Notes under the pieces: generated by a model
The model's database searches: none
What the model saw: only the letters and a program-made list of their open reading frames with translations
What the model was told of the DNA's origin: nothing
IMG/VR virus record: IMGVR_UViG_3300004151_000006
Span: 186,001 to 250,000 of that record
Direction: 5' to 3' (one strand)
Length of the DNA stretch: 64,000 nucleotides
In this document: positions 19,878-30,597 of the stretch, piece after piece
Layout: each line of letters opens with the position of its first letter
Numbering within the stretch: the first letter of the stretch is position 1
Position numbers and translations under genes: made by a program

Positions 19878-19914
19878 ATAGAGTGCTCTCCCTGTGATGG
19901 GGAGAGCACTCTAT
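19878..19914. terminator. 15-bp stem hairpin between the fibre stalk and tip A
   Basis: ATAGAGTGCTCTCCC-TGTGATG-GGGAGAGCACTCTAT. Confidence 0.7.
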
Positions 19915-19919
19915 ATATA

Positions 19920-22900
19920 TTAGATATCCACCGCAACATTGATAGCATCGAAAGTAAATGTCACTGCATCTGAAGTGAGTACTGCATTACTTGCTGGATA
20001 TGTGATGGAGGGTGTGGCAATGATATAATGTGGTTTAATAGTAATATTGTATTGATTAACACTGACACCTCCAACTATAGACCAATCATTGATAGCCCAA
20101 TTATTGCTAGTATCAAAACAATGTTCATATGTAGCAATACCTAAAGTCACTACTGTATCTACAGCCACTTTTGGAAAATATATAGTGATATTCTCATTGG
20201 GTAATATTTCATAATTTTTTGATATACTTAAACCTGTCAATCCAGCACCATCAATAAACCATATGTAATAACCTCTAATTTGATCAGTATCAACACCATC
20301 AGCACCACCAGTCATCGAAACAGTCATTGAATTATTACCAGTTATAGTTGTTATTATACCAGTTACTGTGGGTGCGATTGGATAAGTGTTGATTTTACGA
20401 ACAAATGTTTTTGTAGTAGTTTCTAAACCGTCTGTTGCAGTAACAGTAAATGTAATAGTATCACCACGTACAGCACTGTTCGGTATAGTTATATTGAAAG
20501 TTTCATCATTTATTAAATTAAGCGATTTTGAAAAACCTATATTCGGATAAGTTGTAGAGATATTGTAAGTTATAGTCTGATTGGTACTATTAATATCAGT
20601 TATTCCACTGATTTTACATCCAGAATATATACCACCCCACCCACTATTTCCACTACCTAAAGGTACTAAATAATTTGGTAAATTGAAGATAGCTGAACTT
20701 AAATCTGGTAAACTATTTACAAGTGATGTGACTATTTTAGTAGCAACTTCACAATAATCAGATACTACAATAGTGAAACTGACTGTAGTATTTCTGGTAA
20801 TGTTATTACCAACAGTCATAGTGAATGACTGTCCACCAGGTATTGCAGTAGTATTAAAATCATGAGAAAAAGTAATATTTGCATCATTAGCATATAACCC
20901 ATATTCTACAACAGATTGACCAGCATCAGATGAACTACCACCTGTGATATTTAAAGTGTATATGCCGCCGGGTTTAATAATTGGAGGTAAATTATTAATG
21001 ACTGCACCACTTGCATTTGGTACCGTATTTATAATAGAAGTAAATGTGGTGTTGACAGTTTCTAATCCATCAGAAATGGTTACTGTGAATGTAATTGTAC
21101 TACCACGGGTAGCATCACTAGCAACAGATAAAGAAATATTTTCACCACTAGTGATATCAGTAGATTTGGATAATATCACTTTGGTAGTACTTGGTACAAT
21201 AGACATTTTCAATGTTTGATTATCAATATCTGTAGCAGTGGCTGAAATTGAATAGGTTGCACCAGGTACCAAATATGGAACAACATTGTGTGTAATAGCT
21301 GTTGAAGGTAAGGTATTAATTTTAGTAGTGAATACTTTATTGATGGTAGTTAGTCCATCACTAACAGCAACTGTCACTGTTATTATTTCTCCACGTGTGG
21401 CAGATTCACCTATAATGAGATTTATGCTTTCACCTGAAGCTATTCCGATATTTTTAGAGAATGTGGCATATAATTTATTTGAAGAGATTGAATATGTGAG
21501 TACTTGCCCATCGGGATCAGTAGCACCAGATATAGAAAAAGGTACAGTGCTGTTGGGTTTCACAATACTTGGAATTGTAGTAATAAGATTAGTTATTACA
21601 GGAGTATTATTGATCTTAATAGTTTTAGTAATACTCGATGTTTCAATTCCATCATTTCCAATAATCGTAAAAATAAGTGTTGTGTTTTCAGCGATATCAC
21701 CAATAATTACATCAAATGATTCGTTATGCATTAAACCTGTATTCTTTGAAAATGATACACCAACAGTATTGCAACTGATTGAATAAGTCAATCCACCAAT
21801 AACAGTCACATCAGTCATTCCTGAAAGGGTAGAAGTATAAGAAGTATTTGGTTTTACTATATTGGGTGTATTGAGTATTACATTTGACATATTGGGCAAT
21901 ACGTTAATAAGTACACCCATTGGTGAAGGTGTTGATTCTAAACCATCACTAGCAAAGATAGTAATATTAGGTGAACTACCACGAGTGATATCATTAGTTA
22001 CAGTCATGGTGATTTCTTCATCTGGTGCAATATCTGTAGTTTTGGAAAAACTTACTTTGGGGTCATTGCATACAATAGAATACAAGATAGCTGTCCCATT
22101 TGGGTCATTGAATCCAGAAAAAGAAAGTGGAGTAACTGTACCGGGGGCTACAATAGAAGGAATACCTGCCACCAAATCACCAATAGGTAGAGTATTTATT
22201 GCAGCGGTAAACGTATCTGTATTATATTCAAGCCCATCAAAGATCGTCACCGTAAAGATGATGGTCTTTCCACGAGTGATACCAACCTGTGGTGTAATGG
22301 CGAAAACTTCATTAATTGCAATACCAGCACTTTTAGAGAAATGTACATTTATATCATCACTCGTAATTGAATATGTGAGAGTTTGATTAGACTGTTCATC
22401 AATACTGGATACTGATACATTATAATCTTGTCCAGGTACTAATATTTCAGGTAAATTTTCAATTATAATACCTTCGGGCAATGTATTTACAGTGATAGGA
22501 AAAGTTTTATCTTTTGTAATATATCCATCATGTACAGATACTGTAAATATGACAGTGCTACCACGAATAACATCAGAATCTATTGACACAGTGAGTGCTT
22601 CATTTTCAAGAATATTGTTATCTTTAGAAAAAGTGAATTTCGGATCAGAAGATACAATACTGTATGTGAGTACTTGCCCATCGGGATCAGTAGCACCAGA
22701 TATACTGAATGGTACAGTACTATTGGGTTTCACAATAGTGGGTAAGTTTAATACCATATCGGTGATTATCGGTAATTGGTTGACTTTAAAAGTCTTTGTA
22801 ATCGATATACTTTCCACACCATCAGAAATATCAACAGTAAAAGTAACTATAGTTCCCAGTGGAATAGTTTCAGTGATGGTCATCATAAATGTTTCATTGG

Positions 22901-25900
22901 GTACCAATTTTTCAGATTTAGAAAATGACACATTTAAATTATCAGCACTAATGTCATATGTGAGGTTTTGATTATCCACATCTACACTAGTAATATTCAT
23001 ATCCACAGTTTGTCCAGGGATTACATATTGTGGAAAGTTATTAATAGTAACAATGTTGGAAGGTAAATGATTAATAATAGATGATATAGTTTTTGATGAA
23101 GTTTCTAATCCATCACTACCTGTGATAGTAAAAGTGATAGTACTACCACGAACAATATTACCAACATGGATATCAAAGTTTTCACCGTTAATGAGATCTG
23201 TAGATTTGGAAAAACTAATATCAGAATTATCACAAGTGATGATATATTTAAGATTTGTTTGACCGGGAGTTATATCTGTGATACCCGAAATGTGTACATT
23301 ATTGAGAGTGATATTTGGTGCAAAATATTCAGGAATGACTGCCGTAACATTCGTCATATCTGGTAAAGTATTAATATATGTGGTGAATGTATCCTTAAAT
23401 GCAGATTCTAATCCATCTGATGCAATGACTGTGAAATAAATATTTTCACCACGGATGATTCCGCTACCAATTGACATAGTAAATGTTTCACCTTCAATTA
23501 ATCCAGTTGATTTAGAAAAACTGATATTTGGATTCACTGTTTGAATGGTGTATGTGAGAGTAGAACTATTAATATCAGTAGCACCAGTAATGTTAAGTGT
23601 ATAATCTTCATTGGGGATACAGATAGTTGGGAGATTATTAATATTGAGTGCAGAGAGATCGGGAAGATTGTTGATTAAAGTACCACGAATGTGTTGATTG
23701 GTTTCTAATCCATCACTACCTGTGATAGTAAAAGTGGGATTTGTATTGCGTGCAGTATTACTAATAATAGTATCGAATGGTTCATTAGACGTGAGATCCG
23801 TAGACTTAGAAAATGTAATGGTAGGATCATTGCAAACAATAGAATATGTGAGTGGTTGTGCATGTGTATCAGTAATACCATTTAATTTAGTAGAATATGT
23901 AGCATTGGGTTTTATAATATTTGGTAATGAATAAGATATAGCAGTCATATTAGGAATAGTATTTACTTCATATACCAGTGTTTTATTAACAGATTCCAAT
24001 CCATCCATGACGGTCACAGTAAATGTAACAGCACTACCACGAGTAGTGTTGGTAAAGTTAACAATAATAGATTCACCGGGATCAATATCATTTACTTTAG
24101 AAAAATTGACACTCAGATCACTACTAACAATAGCATATTTAAGAGTTTGGGAATTGATATCACTACCACCATTTAAACTAATTTCATAATCAAAATTGGG
24201 CTTTACAATAAATGGGAGATTGTTTATAATTACATCAGTAGCTATCGGAAGTGTATTGGCTTCAGTGGTAATAGTCATATTGGTGGTCTCTAATCCATCA
24301 GAAATAGTCACAGTTAATGTGATGGGAGTACCACGATCAATGTTGTTAGCTACTAACATGGTAAATGTTTCACCACTGGTAATATCAGTAGATTTACTAA
24401 AAGTGATACCAGTATTATTACTAGAAATACTGTAATGTAAATCTTGTACAATGTCCATATCGGTAGAAATAATAGTAATGGGATAATTTTGTCCAGGGAT
24501 TAACAAATCAGGTACATTATGTGATATCCCAATTGAAGGCAGTGTATTAATAACAGAATAATATTCTTTAGTATTGGTTTCTAAACCATCAAATGTGGTG
24601 ACAGTGAAAGTAATGGTGCTACCACGAACTATATCAGCAGCAAAGCTAACATCAATATTTTCACCATTAGCAATGTTAATATCTTTAGAGAAAGTCACTT
24701 TAGGATCATTGGCTGCAATAGAATATACTATTCCTGGGATAGTCAATGTGGTATCAATAGCACCAATAACAGTAACAGTATGTGTACTATTGGGTTTTAC
24801 AATGGAGGGTACATCAAAATGAAGACCTGTAAGTATTGGAAGAGTGTTGACAATTGACTGTTTTATTGTGGGTGCACTATATTCCAAACCATCCGATCCA
24901 ATGATGGTGAAATTTACGGTATTTCCACGGGTCACATTACCAGTAGTGATAGTGAATATTTCACCTTCTGTAATACCTGTAGATTTGGAGATAGTGATAC
25001 TACCATCATTAACTGTGATTCCATATGTAAGAGTCTGCCCACCAGAGGTATCAGTGATACCAGTAAGAGTTACATCATTATACATCGTATTTGGTTTAAT
25101 GATATTAGGGAGATTAAAATTAATATCTGACATGTTGGGTAAAGTATTAACATATACATCAAACATCTTTTCTACAGTTTCAAGACCATGAGCTTTTACA
25201 GTAAATGTGACTGTAGATCCACGAGAGATATTTGTATTTGTGGTGATCTGAAATGATTCACCATCACTAAGACCTGAGGCTTTAGTAAAAGTTATCATGC
25301 CTTCAGGAGCATTGCTGGAGATATCATACACCAAAGGTACACCACTGTCATTTTCTGTACCATTAATATTAACCATATAGGGAGTATTTGGTTTTACAAT
25401 AGTAGGCAATGTATTGATTTGTGTATTGGTCATATCAGGTAATACATATGCGTGACTCGTAACATTAATATCGATAGATTCCATACCATCAAAGATAGTC
25501 ACTTTAAACAATACAGCATCACCACGAACAATATCATCACTTGTAAAGATGGTCACTGATTCATTGGGAGAAATACCTGTAGTTTTAGATAATGTTACTT
25601 TGGGATGTAAAGATATTACAGTATATGTAAGTGCTTGTCCATCGGGTTCAGTAGAAGTAAATACACATGTGGTATTTTCACCAGGAATGAGGAATGTAGG
25701 AATTGTATGTATTAAATCATTGATAGGGAGTTGATTTACTTTAGTGGTGATAGTTTTTTGGATGGTTTCTACACCATCAGAAATGTCTACTAAAATATCA
25801 ATAGATTTACCACGCAGAACATCATTAGTGACATTCATCTGTACTGGATCATCAGGATGAATATTGGTTGAAGGATTAAAAGCAACATGTGTATCATTAG

Positions 25901-27695
25901 CTAACAGCGTATATGTGATTTCTTGTTCATCAAATTCATTAGAATCAAAAGTAAGATCATACGTAGAGTTGGGTTTGATATAATCTGGTATGTTGTGAGC
26001 TAATACGTTAGATGGCAACATGTTAATTCTAGTAGTAAAGATCTTTGGTACCACTTCAAGACCATCAGTAATTAAACAAGTAAAAGATACGATATTTCCA
26101 CGGAGAACATTATTATTTACAGTGATAGTAATTTCTTCATCAACATTAAGATCGAAAGATTTATTTAAAACGATGTTGGTGGGATCATCAGTAATAATAG
26201 CATAACTAATCAATTGACCATCAACATCATTGACTCCAGAGATTTTGAAATTATAACTACCATTAGGTTTAATGTATTCTGGAAGAGTAGAGTTAATATT
26301 TGTGATATCAGGGAGTGTGTTAATTCTAGTAGTAAATATTTTATTGACAGTAGCACCAACACTATCAGTGACTGTCACTGTGATACTGACTAAAGTACCC
26401 CGATTAATATCCTGTGGCACAAACATCGTGACGGTTTCATTATTATCAATATTGATATTTTTAGTAAATGTAATAGTGGGCTGGTTGGTAGTAATGGCAT
26501 ATTTAAGAGACAATCCTTCTGGATCAACAGCACCAGAGATTGTAAAATCGATATTACTGTCTGGTTTTATGATAGTTGGAATAGATGTTGTGAGAGAAGT
26601 GATATTGGGAAGTTGATTGATCTTAGCTGTATTGAATGTACGAGTACTACTACCCATATAGCTATCAATAGCTATTACATCGAACACGATAGTGCTACCT
26701 GCGGTGGCACTATCAGCTACAATGATAGAGACTATTTCAAGTGGATTGATATTTTCTATTTTAGAGAATGTAATATGTGGATCTGTGGAGACAATATTAT
26801 ATTTGATATTGTGACCATCGGGATCGGTGGCACCAGATAATTGAAAATTGGTGCTAGTGTTTTTAGCTACCAAGTTAGGAAGAGTACATGTTAAAGTAGA
26901 TATATCGGGCAGTTGGTTGATCTTCAAACTAAAAGATTTAGTAGCCATACCATCTTTAGTATCATGTGCAGTCACTAAAAAGGACACAGTACTTCCACGT
27001 TCAGCATCATCGGCAAGAGTAAATGAAATATAATCATTTTCTATGATACCAGAAGTTTGATTAAACACTAAACTTGTATCTGAAATGGAATATAAAAGAC
27101 TATCTCCATAAGGAATATCAATATCAGTAGCTCCAGAAAAAGATATTGAGATGGTGTCTCCAGGATTAGCATAAAGTGGAAGACCATTGCATATTAAATT
27201 AGTGAGATCTGGTGCAACATTGTTGGTGATAGTATATTCTACCATGGTGGGAGGTGAAATATTGTTGACTTCATCATAAGCATAAAACGTGATCACCTGT
27301 TTTTCAAATCGGTCACCCACTAAAGCTATTGTAACTGTAGCACTATTGTTAATAACCTGGGGCTCTTCTATGGTAATGACAGTATCATCAGATTTAATGA
27401 TCTTAAATTTAGTAATACGGGTACCCACCAGCAAAGGTGTGGCTGTCAAAGTGATCATATATTCTTCTTCAGATTCTACTGTAAGAGGACCACTGATGAT
27501 GGGTTTTTCAATAGCTATAGGGATCTTAGCTACTTCAGCACGGATATCAGGGTGTGCTTCTTCACTAATATTGTGTGTAGCAACATAAGCAATATTGGAA
27601 CGCAAAAGGTTACTGGTATTTTCAATTTCAGCACTCGTAACAACTACTTGGTCAATTGCATCCTGCAATGTCTTGAGATCATCAGCTGAAGGCAT
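19920..27695 (-). CDS. Giant Ig/cadherin-like repeat tail-fibre stalk, 2591 aa
   Basis: AAAGGAG RBS before ATG 27695; fibre-head motif HNISEEAHPDIR; about 24 tandem ~97-aa repeats (N-x-L-P...ATDPDGQxLTYSI...FSK...RG...FTVTxSDG). Confidence 0.85.
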   Translation of the reverse strand: MPSADDLKTLQDAIDQVVVTSAEIENTSNLLRSNIAYVATHNISEEAHPDIRAEVAKIPIAIEKPIISGPLTVESEEEYMITLTATPLLVGTRITKFKIIKSDDTVITIEEPQVINNSATVTIALVGDRFEKQVITFYAYDEVNNISPPTMVEYTITNNVAPDLTNLICNGLPLYANPGDTISISFSGATDIDIPYGDSLLYSISDTSLVFNQTSGIIENDYISFTLADDAERGSTVSFLVTAHDTKDGMATKSFSLKINQLPDISTLTCTLPNLVAKNTSTNFQLSGATDPDGHNIKYNIVSTDPHITFSKIENINPLEIVSIIVADSATAGSTIVFDVIAIDSYMGSSTRTFNTAKINQLPNITSLTTSIPTIIKPDSNIDFTISGAVDPEGLSLKYAITTNQPTITFTKNINIDNNETVTMFVPQDINRGTLVSITVTVTDSVGATVNKIFTTRINTLPDITNINSTLPEYIKPNGSYNFKISGVNDVDGQLISYAIITDDPTNIVLNKSFDLNVDEEITITVNNNVLRGNIVSFTCLITDGLEVVPKIFTTRINMLPSNVLAHNIPDYIKPNSTYDLTFDSNEFDEQEITYTLLANDTHVAFNPSTNIHPDDPVQMNVTNDVLRGKSIDILVDISDGVETIQKTITTKVNQLPINDLIHTIPTFLIPGENTTCVFTSTEPDGQALTYTVISLHPKVTLSKTTGISPNESVTIFTSDDIVRGDAVLFKVTIFDGMESIDINVTSHAYVLPDMTNTQINTLPTIVKPNTPYMVNINGTENDSGVPLVYDISSNAPEGMITFTKASGLSDGESFQITTNTNISRGSTVTFTVKAHGLETVEKMFDVYVNTLPNMSDINFNLPNIIKPNTMYNDVTLTGITDTSGGQTLTYGITVNDGSITISKSTGITEGEIFTITTGNVTRGNTVNFTIIGSDGLEYSAPTIKQSIVNTLPILTGLHFDVPSIVKPNSTHTVTVIGAIDTTLTIPGIVYSIAANDPKVTFSKDINIANGENIDVSFAADIVRGSTITFTVTTFDGLETNTKEYYSVINTLPSIGISHNVPDLLIPGQNYPITIISTDMDIVQDLHYSISSNNTGITFSKSTDITSGETFTMLVANNIDRGTPITLTVTISDGLETTNMTITTEANTLPIATDVIINNLPFIVKPNFDYEISLNGGSDINSQTLKYAIVSSDLSVNFSKVNDIDPGESIIVNFTNTTRGSAVTFTVTVMDGLESVNKTLVYEVNTIPNMTAISYSLPNIIKPNATYSTKLNGITDTHAQPLTYSIVCNDPTITFSKSTDLTSNEPFDTIISNTARNTNPTFTITGSDGLETNQHIRGTLINNLPDLSALNINNLPTICIPNEDYTLNITGATDINSSTLTYTIQTVNPNISFSKSTGLIEGETFTMSIGSGIIRGENIYFTVIASDGLESAFKDTFTTYINTLPDMTNVTAVIPEYFAPNITLNNVHISGITDITPGQTNLKYIITCDNSDISFSKSTDLINGENFDIHVGNIVRGSTITFTITGSDGLETSSKTISSIINHLPSNIVTINNFPQYVIPGQTVDMNITSVDVDNQNLTYDISADNLNVSFSKSEKLVPNETFMMTITETIPLGTIVTFTVDISDGVESISITKTFKVNQLPIITDMVLNLPTIVKPNSTVPFSISGATDPDGQVLTYSIVSSDPKFTFSKDNNILENEALTVSIDSDVIRGSTVIFTVSVHDGYITKDKTFPITVNTLPEGIIIENLPEILVPGQDYNVSVSSIDEQSNQTLTYSITSDDINVHFSKSAGIAINEVFAITPQVGITRGKTIIFTVTIFDGLEYNTDTFTAAINTLPIGDLVAGIPSIVAPGTVTPLSFSGFNDPNGTAILYSIVCNDPKVSFSKTTDIAPDEEITMTVTNDITRGSSPNITIFASDGLESTPSPMGVLINVLPNMSNVILNTPNIVKPNTSYTSTLSGMTDVTVIGGLTYSISCNTVGVSFSKNTGLMHNESFDVIIGDIAENTTLIFTIIGNDGIETSSITKTIKINNTPVITNLITTIPSIVKPNSTVPFSISGATDPDGQVLTYSISSNKLYATFSKNIGIASGESINLIIGESATRGEIITVTVAVSDGLTTINKVFTTKINTLPSTAITHNVVPYLVPGATYSISATATDIDNQTLKMSIVPSTTKVILSKSTDITSGENISLSVASDATRGSTITFTVTISDGLETVNTTFTSIINTVPNASGAVINNLPPIIKPGGIYTLNITGGSSSDAGQSVVEYGLYANDANITFSHDFNTTAIPGGQSFTMTVGNNITRNTTVSFTIVVSDYCEVATKIVTSLVNSLPDLSSAIFNLPNYLVPLGSGNSGWGGIYSGCKISGITDINSTNQTITYNISTTYPNIGFSKSLNLINDETFNITIPNSAVRGDTITFTVTATDGLETTTKTFVRKINTYPIAPTVTGIITTITGNNSMTVSMTGGADGVDTDQIRGYYIWFIDGAGLTGLSISKNYEILPNENITIYFPKVAVDTVVTLGIATYEHCFDTSNNWAINDWSIVGGVSVNQYNITIKPHYIIATPSITYPASNAVLTSDAVTFTFDAINVAVDI
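21493..22704. repeat. Identical 42-nt direct repeat inside the Ig-repeat gene (21493-21534 and 22663-22704)
   Basis: TATGTGAGTACTTGCCCATCGGGATCAGTAGCACCAGATATA occurs at both positions, 1170 nt apart. Confidence 0.85.
23101..23736. repeat. Identical 36-nt direct repeat inside the Ig-repeat gene (23101-23136 and 23701-23736)
   Basis: GTTTCTAATCCATCACTACCTGTGATAGTAAAAGTG occurs twice, 600 nt apart. Confidence 0.85.
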
Positions 27696-27748
27696 ATGTG
27701 ATACTCCTTTAAGAGTAGATTTTATCATGTATGTAGTACGATACACGC

Positions 27749-27815
27749 AGACTATAAGATGGAATTTAGATATATCACTACAGTTGTTATTATTGTCATT
27801 TCCATCCTATAGTCT
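27749..27815. promoter_or_regulatory. 16-bp imperfect inverted repeat (15/16) around a 35-nt spacer in the divergent fibre intergenic region
   Basis: AGACTATAAGATGGAA (27749-27764) and TTCCATCCTATAGTCT (27800-27815). Confidence 0.5.
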
Positions 27816-27848
27816 TTAGATACCATCACCTCTAGGAGGATCACATAT

Positions 27849-29351
27849 ATGGCTACGCCCTCTGGTACTCAATTTCAAGTAGCTACAGATAGTAGCTTTG
27901 CTAATAAACTCATAGACTACTCTGGTGCATACAAGACGAGTCATGTGACTGCTAGTGGTACGCTCACCAAAGGTGTCCCACTGTATAGCAGAGTGAGACA
28001 TGCTAGTGTAGAGACGAGCTATAGTGACTGGAGCAGTACAAAGCAGTTTAGTATAGCGAATTATGTGAAAAAAGTAGTTTATTTTAATAATGTTGTTGGG
28101 TATCTGTTATATTACCATATTTTTACACAATCATTTGACTCAAATTCTAATCTTTTTTATGTCTTTAGATCTCAAACTGATGATTCTTGGAATATTGTAA
28201 AATTAAATAAAAATTTCAATATTCAAAAAGTATTGACAATAATTAATCCTAATCAAATTTTAGCAAATTTTTGTATAGATGCATCAGATAATGTAATTGG
28301 TGTTTTTCGTAATTATGATTCCAATACAACAGCATATTATCCAACTATAGTCAAATATGATAATAATTTGAATGTACGGTGGTGTAAAAAAATAGTGTTT
28401 TTAAATAGTGAAATATCATCAATGCAATATAATTTTATTTATACCGATGGTGATGAAATAATAATTGGGATACAAAGTAGAAACATTGCTAACACTCTTT
28501 TTTATTCACATTTATTGTGGGTGAATACCAATGGTGAAGTGATCAAGTGTGGAATTCTTGGTGGTGGTTATCACAACGATTTTAAAGTTACTTCAATTAC
28601 AAAAGACAATCTTAATAATTTTTATATTAGTTCAGCATACACAGTGGGTGTTGCACAAAATGGTGGTCAAGTGTCTGGTGGGTGTCTCATGAAAATAACA
28701 GATACAAATTCACTCATGTGGGTGAACTCATCGAATCCAAATATTAGCACAACTAATTTTTCCTTTCATGTAATTTTAGGATCTACAATTATAGTCTGCG
28801 ATTATTCTTATATAACTTGTATAAATAATATCACCAAAGATGTCTTGTGGCAAAAAACCATACCATATGGTAGATTTGGTAATATGTTGGTATATTCTGA
28901 AAACATCTATATTCTATATGTAATTTCGACAAGTGCTGCCGGTGTTATTAAAATGGATATGAATGGAAATGTCCACTGGATACGTAGTTTTAAAGTTAAT
29001 AATACTGGGGTTGTACCAATAAGTCTTGGTATTGATAATAAGACTGGTACTATTTGGATTAATGGCGCATTAAATTATAGTGGTACTTCTGGTTATTTTT
29101 GGGGTATGGATCCTGTCGATGGTGCACCAATTGGTAATTTTGTTACAAACAGTACTTTTGCATTTGATACATTCACATCTATATTAAATGTTAGTGGTGA
29201 AGGATTATATGATTTATCAAGTACTTTGGGATATCTTAATGTTACTAACACATCCACAGTAGTCAATACAATCAATTTCGATTATAATTTGTTAGGAATA
29301 ACAGACACTACTGCTACAACACAGATCACTACAACAGTCTGTGATTATTGA
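27849..29351 (+). CDS. Tail-fibre tip B: half FN3-like N-terminal module plus a beta-propeller-like domain
   Basis: AGGAGG RBS; N-terminus TQFQVATDSSF...PLYSRVRH...SYSDWS; repeated blades (IVKYDNNLNVRW, KDNLNNFYIS, KMDMNGNVHWIRS). Confidence 0.6.
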   Translation: MATPSGTQFQVATDSSFANKLIDYSGAYKTSHVTASGTLTKGVPLYSRVRHASVETSYSDWSSTKQFSIANYVKKVVYFNNVVGYLLYYHIFTQSFDSNSNLFYVFRSQTDDSWNIVKLNKNFNIQKVLTIINPNQILANFCIDASDNVIGVFRNYDSNTTAYYPTIVKYDNNLNVRWCKKIVFLNSEISSMQYNFIYTDGDEIIIGIQSRNIANTLFYSHLLWVNTNGEVIKCGILGGGYHNDFKVTSITKDNLNNFYISSAYTVGVAQNGGQVSGGCLMKITDTNSLMWVNSSNPNISTTNFSFHVILGSTIIVCDYSYITCINNITKDVLWQKTIPYGRFGNMLVYSENIYILYVISTSAAGVIKMDMNGNVHWIRSFKVNNTGVVPISLGIDNKTGTIWINGALNYSGTSGYFWGMDPVDGAPIGNFVTNSTFAFDTFTSILNVSGEGLYDLSSTLGYLNVTNTSTVVNTINFDYNLLGITDTTATTQITTTVCDY

Positions 29352-29362
29352 GATTGGGTGTC

Positions 29363-29395
29363 ATAGTGGGTGGGGCAAAATGCCCCACCCACTAT
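29363..29395. terminator. 15-bp stem hairpin
   Basis: ATAGTGGGTGGGGCA-AAA-TGCCCCACCCACTAT. Confidence 0.7.
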
Positions 29396-29435
29396 ATTTC
29401 ATCATATTTAAAATCAGATATATGGATTTATTTAT

Positions 29436-29867
29436 GTGGGGATTAACACAATAATTGGAAATCAGATGTCAAGGACTAATTACCCAGAGCGTCTTCGTTT
29501 GGCTATCATCAATAAACAACTCAACATCCCACTATATTCAATCTCTGGTGAACTTTTAGCTAGTAGCTATACCCGTATAGTTATTGGTGAAAGAGGGCCT
29601 TATATTGAATGTTTACCAGATACAATTATTTGGTTTAATTTTTATATACCAACTAGTCGCATATGGAAAGCCGATAGTGATATGGTAGATTATGTAGAGT
29701 ATAGATCAAATCAAGATAATGTAAAACTCTATCTACAAAAACGTGAAGTCAACTATGCAACATATAAGATAAACTATGTCTATCTCTCTCCTTTTGATGT
29801 TTATTTTGATCCAGATGGAACTGGAAATTTGATAGTCATCATTGAAAAACTAAAGAAGAATATGTAA
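29436..29867 (+). CDS. Conserved hypothetical protein, 143 aa
   Basis: ORF; YTRIVIGERGPYIE...KLYLQKREVNYATYK resembles a recurrent phage family of unknown function. Confidence 0.65.
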   Translation: MGINTIIGNQMSRTNYPERLRLAIINKQLNIPLYSISGELLASSYTRIVIGERGPYIECLPDTIIWFNFYIPTSRIWKADSDMVDYVEYRSNQDNVKLYLQKREVNYATYKINYVYLSPFDVYFDPDGTGNLIVIIEKLKKNM

Positions 29868-29931
29868 TGTTTTACTCTAAACCTCAAATAGAAAATCACC
29901 TGTATCTTATACTCGGGAGGACCAAATCCAT

Positions 29932-30597
29932 ATGACACCATACCGAGATCCACGTGATATCCAAGAGTCCATCGTAGGACATATTCAAAATAGTTGCAAT
30001 GATTGGCCAGGTAAAATATCTACAGTCATCTTTTTATCTGGGTGTAATATCTTTTGTCCAACTTGTCATAATTGGGAGATAGCACATCCTCAAGGAAAAC
30101 TGGATAAAGTATTGCTAGATAATATCCTTATGTATATTCAAGCTAAAAGAAAATGGTTAGATGGAGTAGTCATTTCTGGTGGTGAACCTCTTATACACAA
30201 TAATCTGTCTGATTTAGTATTCCAACTCAAATCTATCTCTGATCTCCCCATCAAATTAGATACTAATGGATTGGATCCCGATGCATTAGATGAGATATTA
30301 GCTACCCAGTATATAGATACAGTCGCTATGGATATCAAAGCCTATTGGGATAAATATCCAACAGTCACTGGATGTAAACAAAAGGATCCAGAATATTTTC
30401 AACATCACATTGAAAGATCCATCCAAGTCATACAAGCTTATCAAGATGTTCACCTCTATTTTCGGACTACCTTGGTACCAGAGATCAATGATCCAATTTA
30501 TCTTGAACAAGTAAAGAGCATCATCCCGGCTGGGTATGTCCATAGGTATCAGACCTATAGACCCATTGACCACACCACTACCAAAGGATCACAGTAG
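29932..30597 (+). CDS. nrdG: Anaerobic ribonucleotide reductase activating radical-SAM enzyme
   Basis: CNIFCPTCHN (CxxxCxxC), GVVISGGEP, IKLDTNG, AMDIK, FRTT; directly upstream of nrdD. Confidence 0.9.
   Translation: MTPYRDPRDIQESIVGHIQNSCNDWPGKISTVIFLSGCNIFCPTCHNWEIAHPQGKLDKVLLDNILMYIQAKRKWLDGVVISGGEPLIHNNLSDLVFQLKSISDLPIKLDTNGLDPDALDEILATQYIDTVAMDIKAYWDKYPTVTGCKQKDPEYFQHHIERSIQVIQAYQDVHLYFRTTLVPEINDPIYLEQVKSIIPAGYVHRYQTYRPIDHTTTKGSQ

Noticed and set aside
19833-19922. Read-through or bypass joining stalk and tip A (they are in the same frame)
   Set aside because: Three further in-frame stops lie in the 87-nt gap, along with a terminator-like hairpin; the shared frame has a 1-in-3 chance.
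20944-27588. Many plus-strand ORFs of 60-170 aa
   Set aside because: Antisense shadows of the Thr/Ile/Ser-rich Ig-repeat gene.
19833-27848. DNA inversion (shufflon-like) of the stalk gene to fuse it with tip A or tip B
   Set aside because: No matching inverted repeats were seen at the two ends and no invertase is in the window; both tips have their own RBS and ATG.
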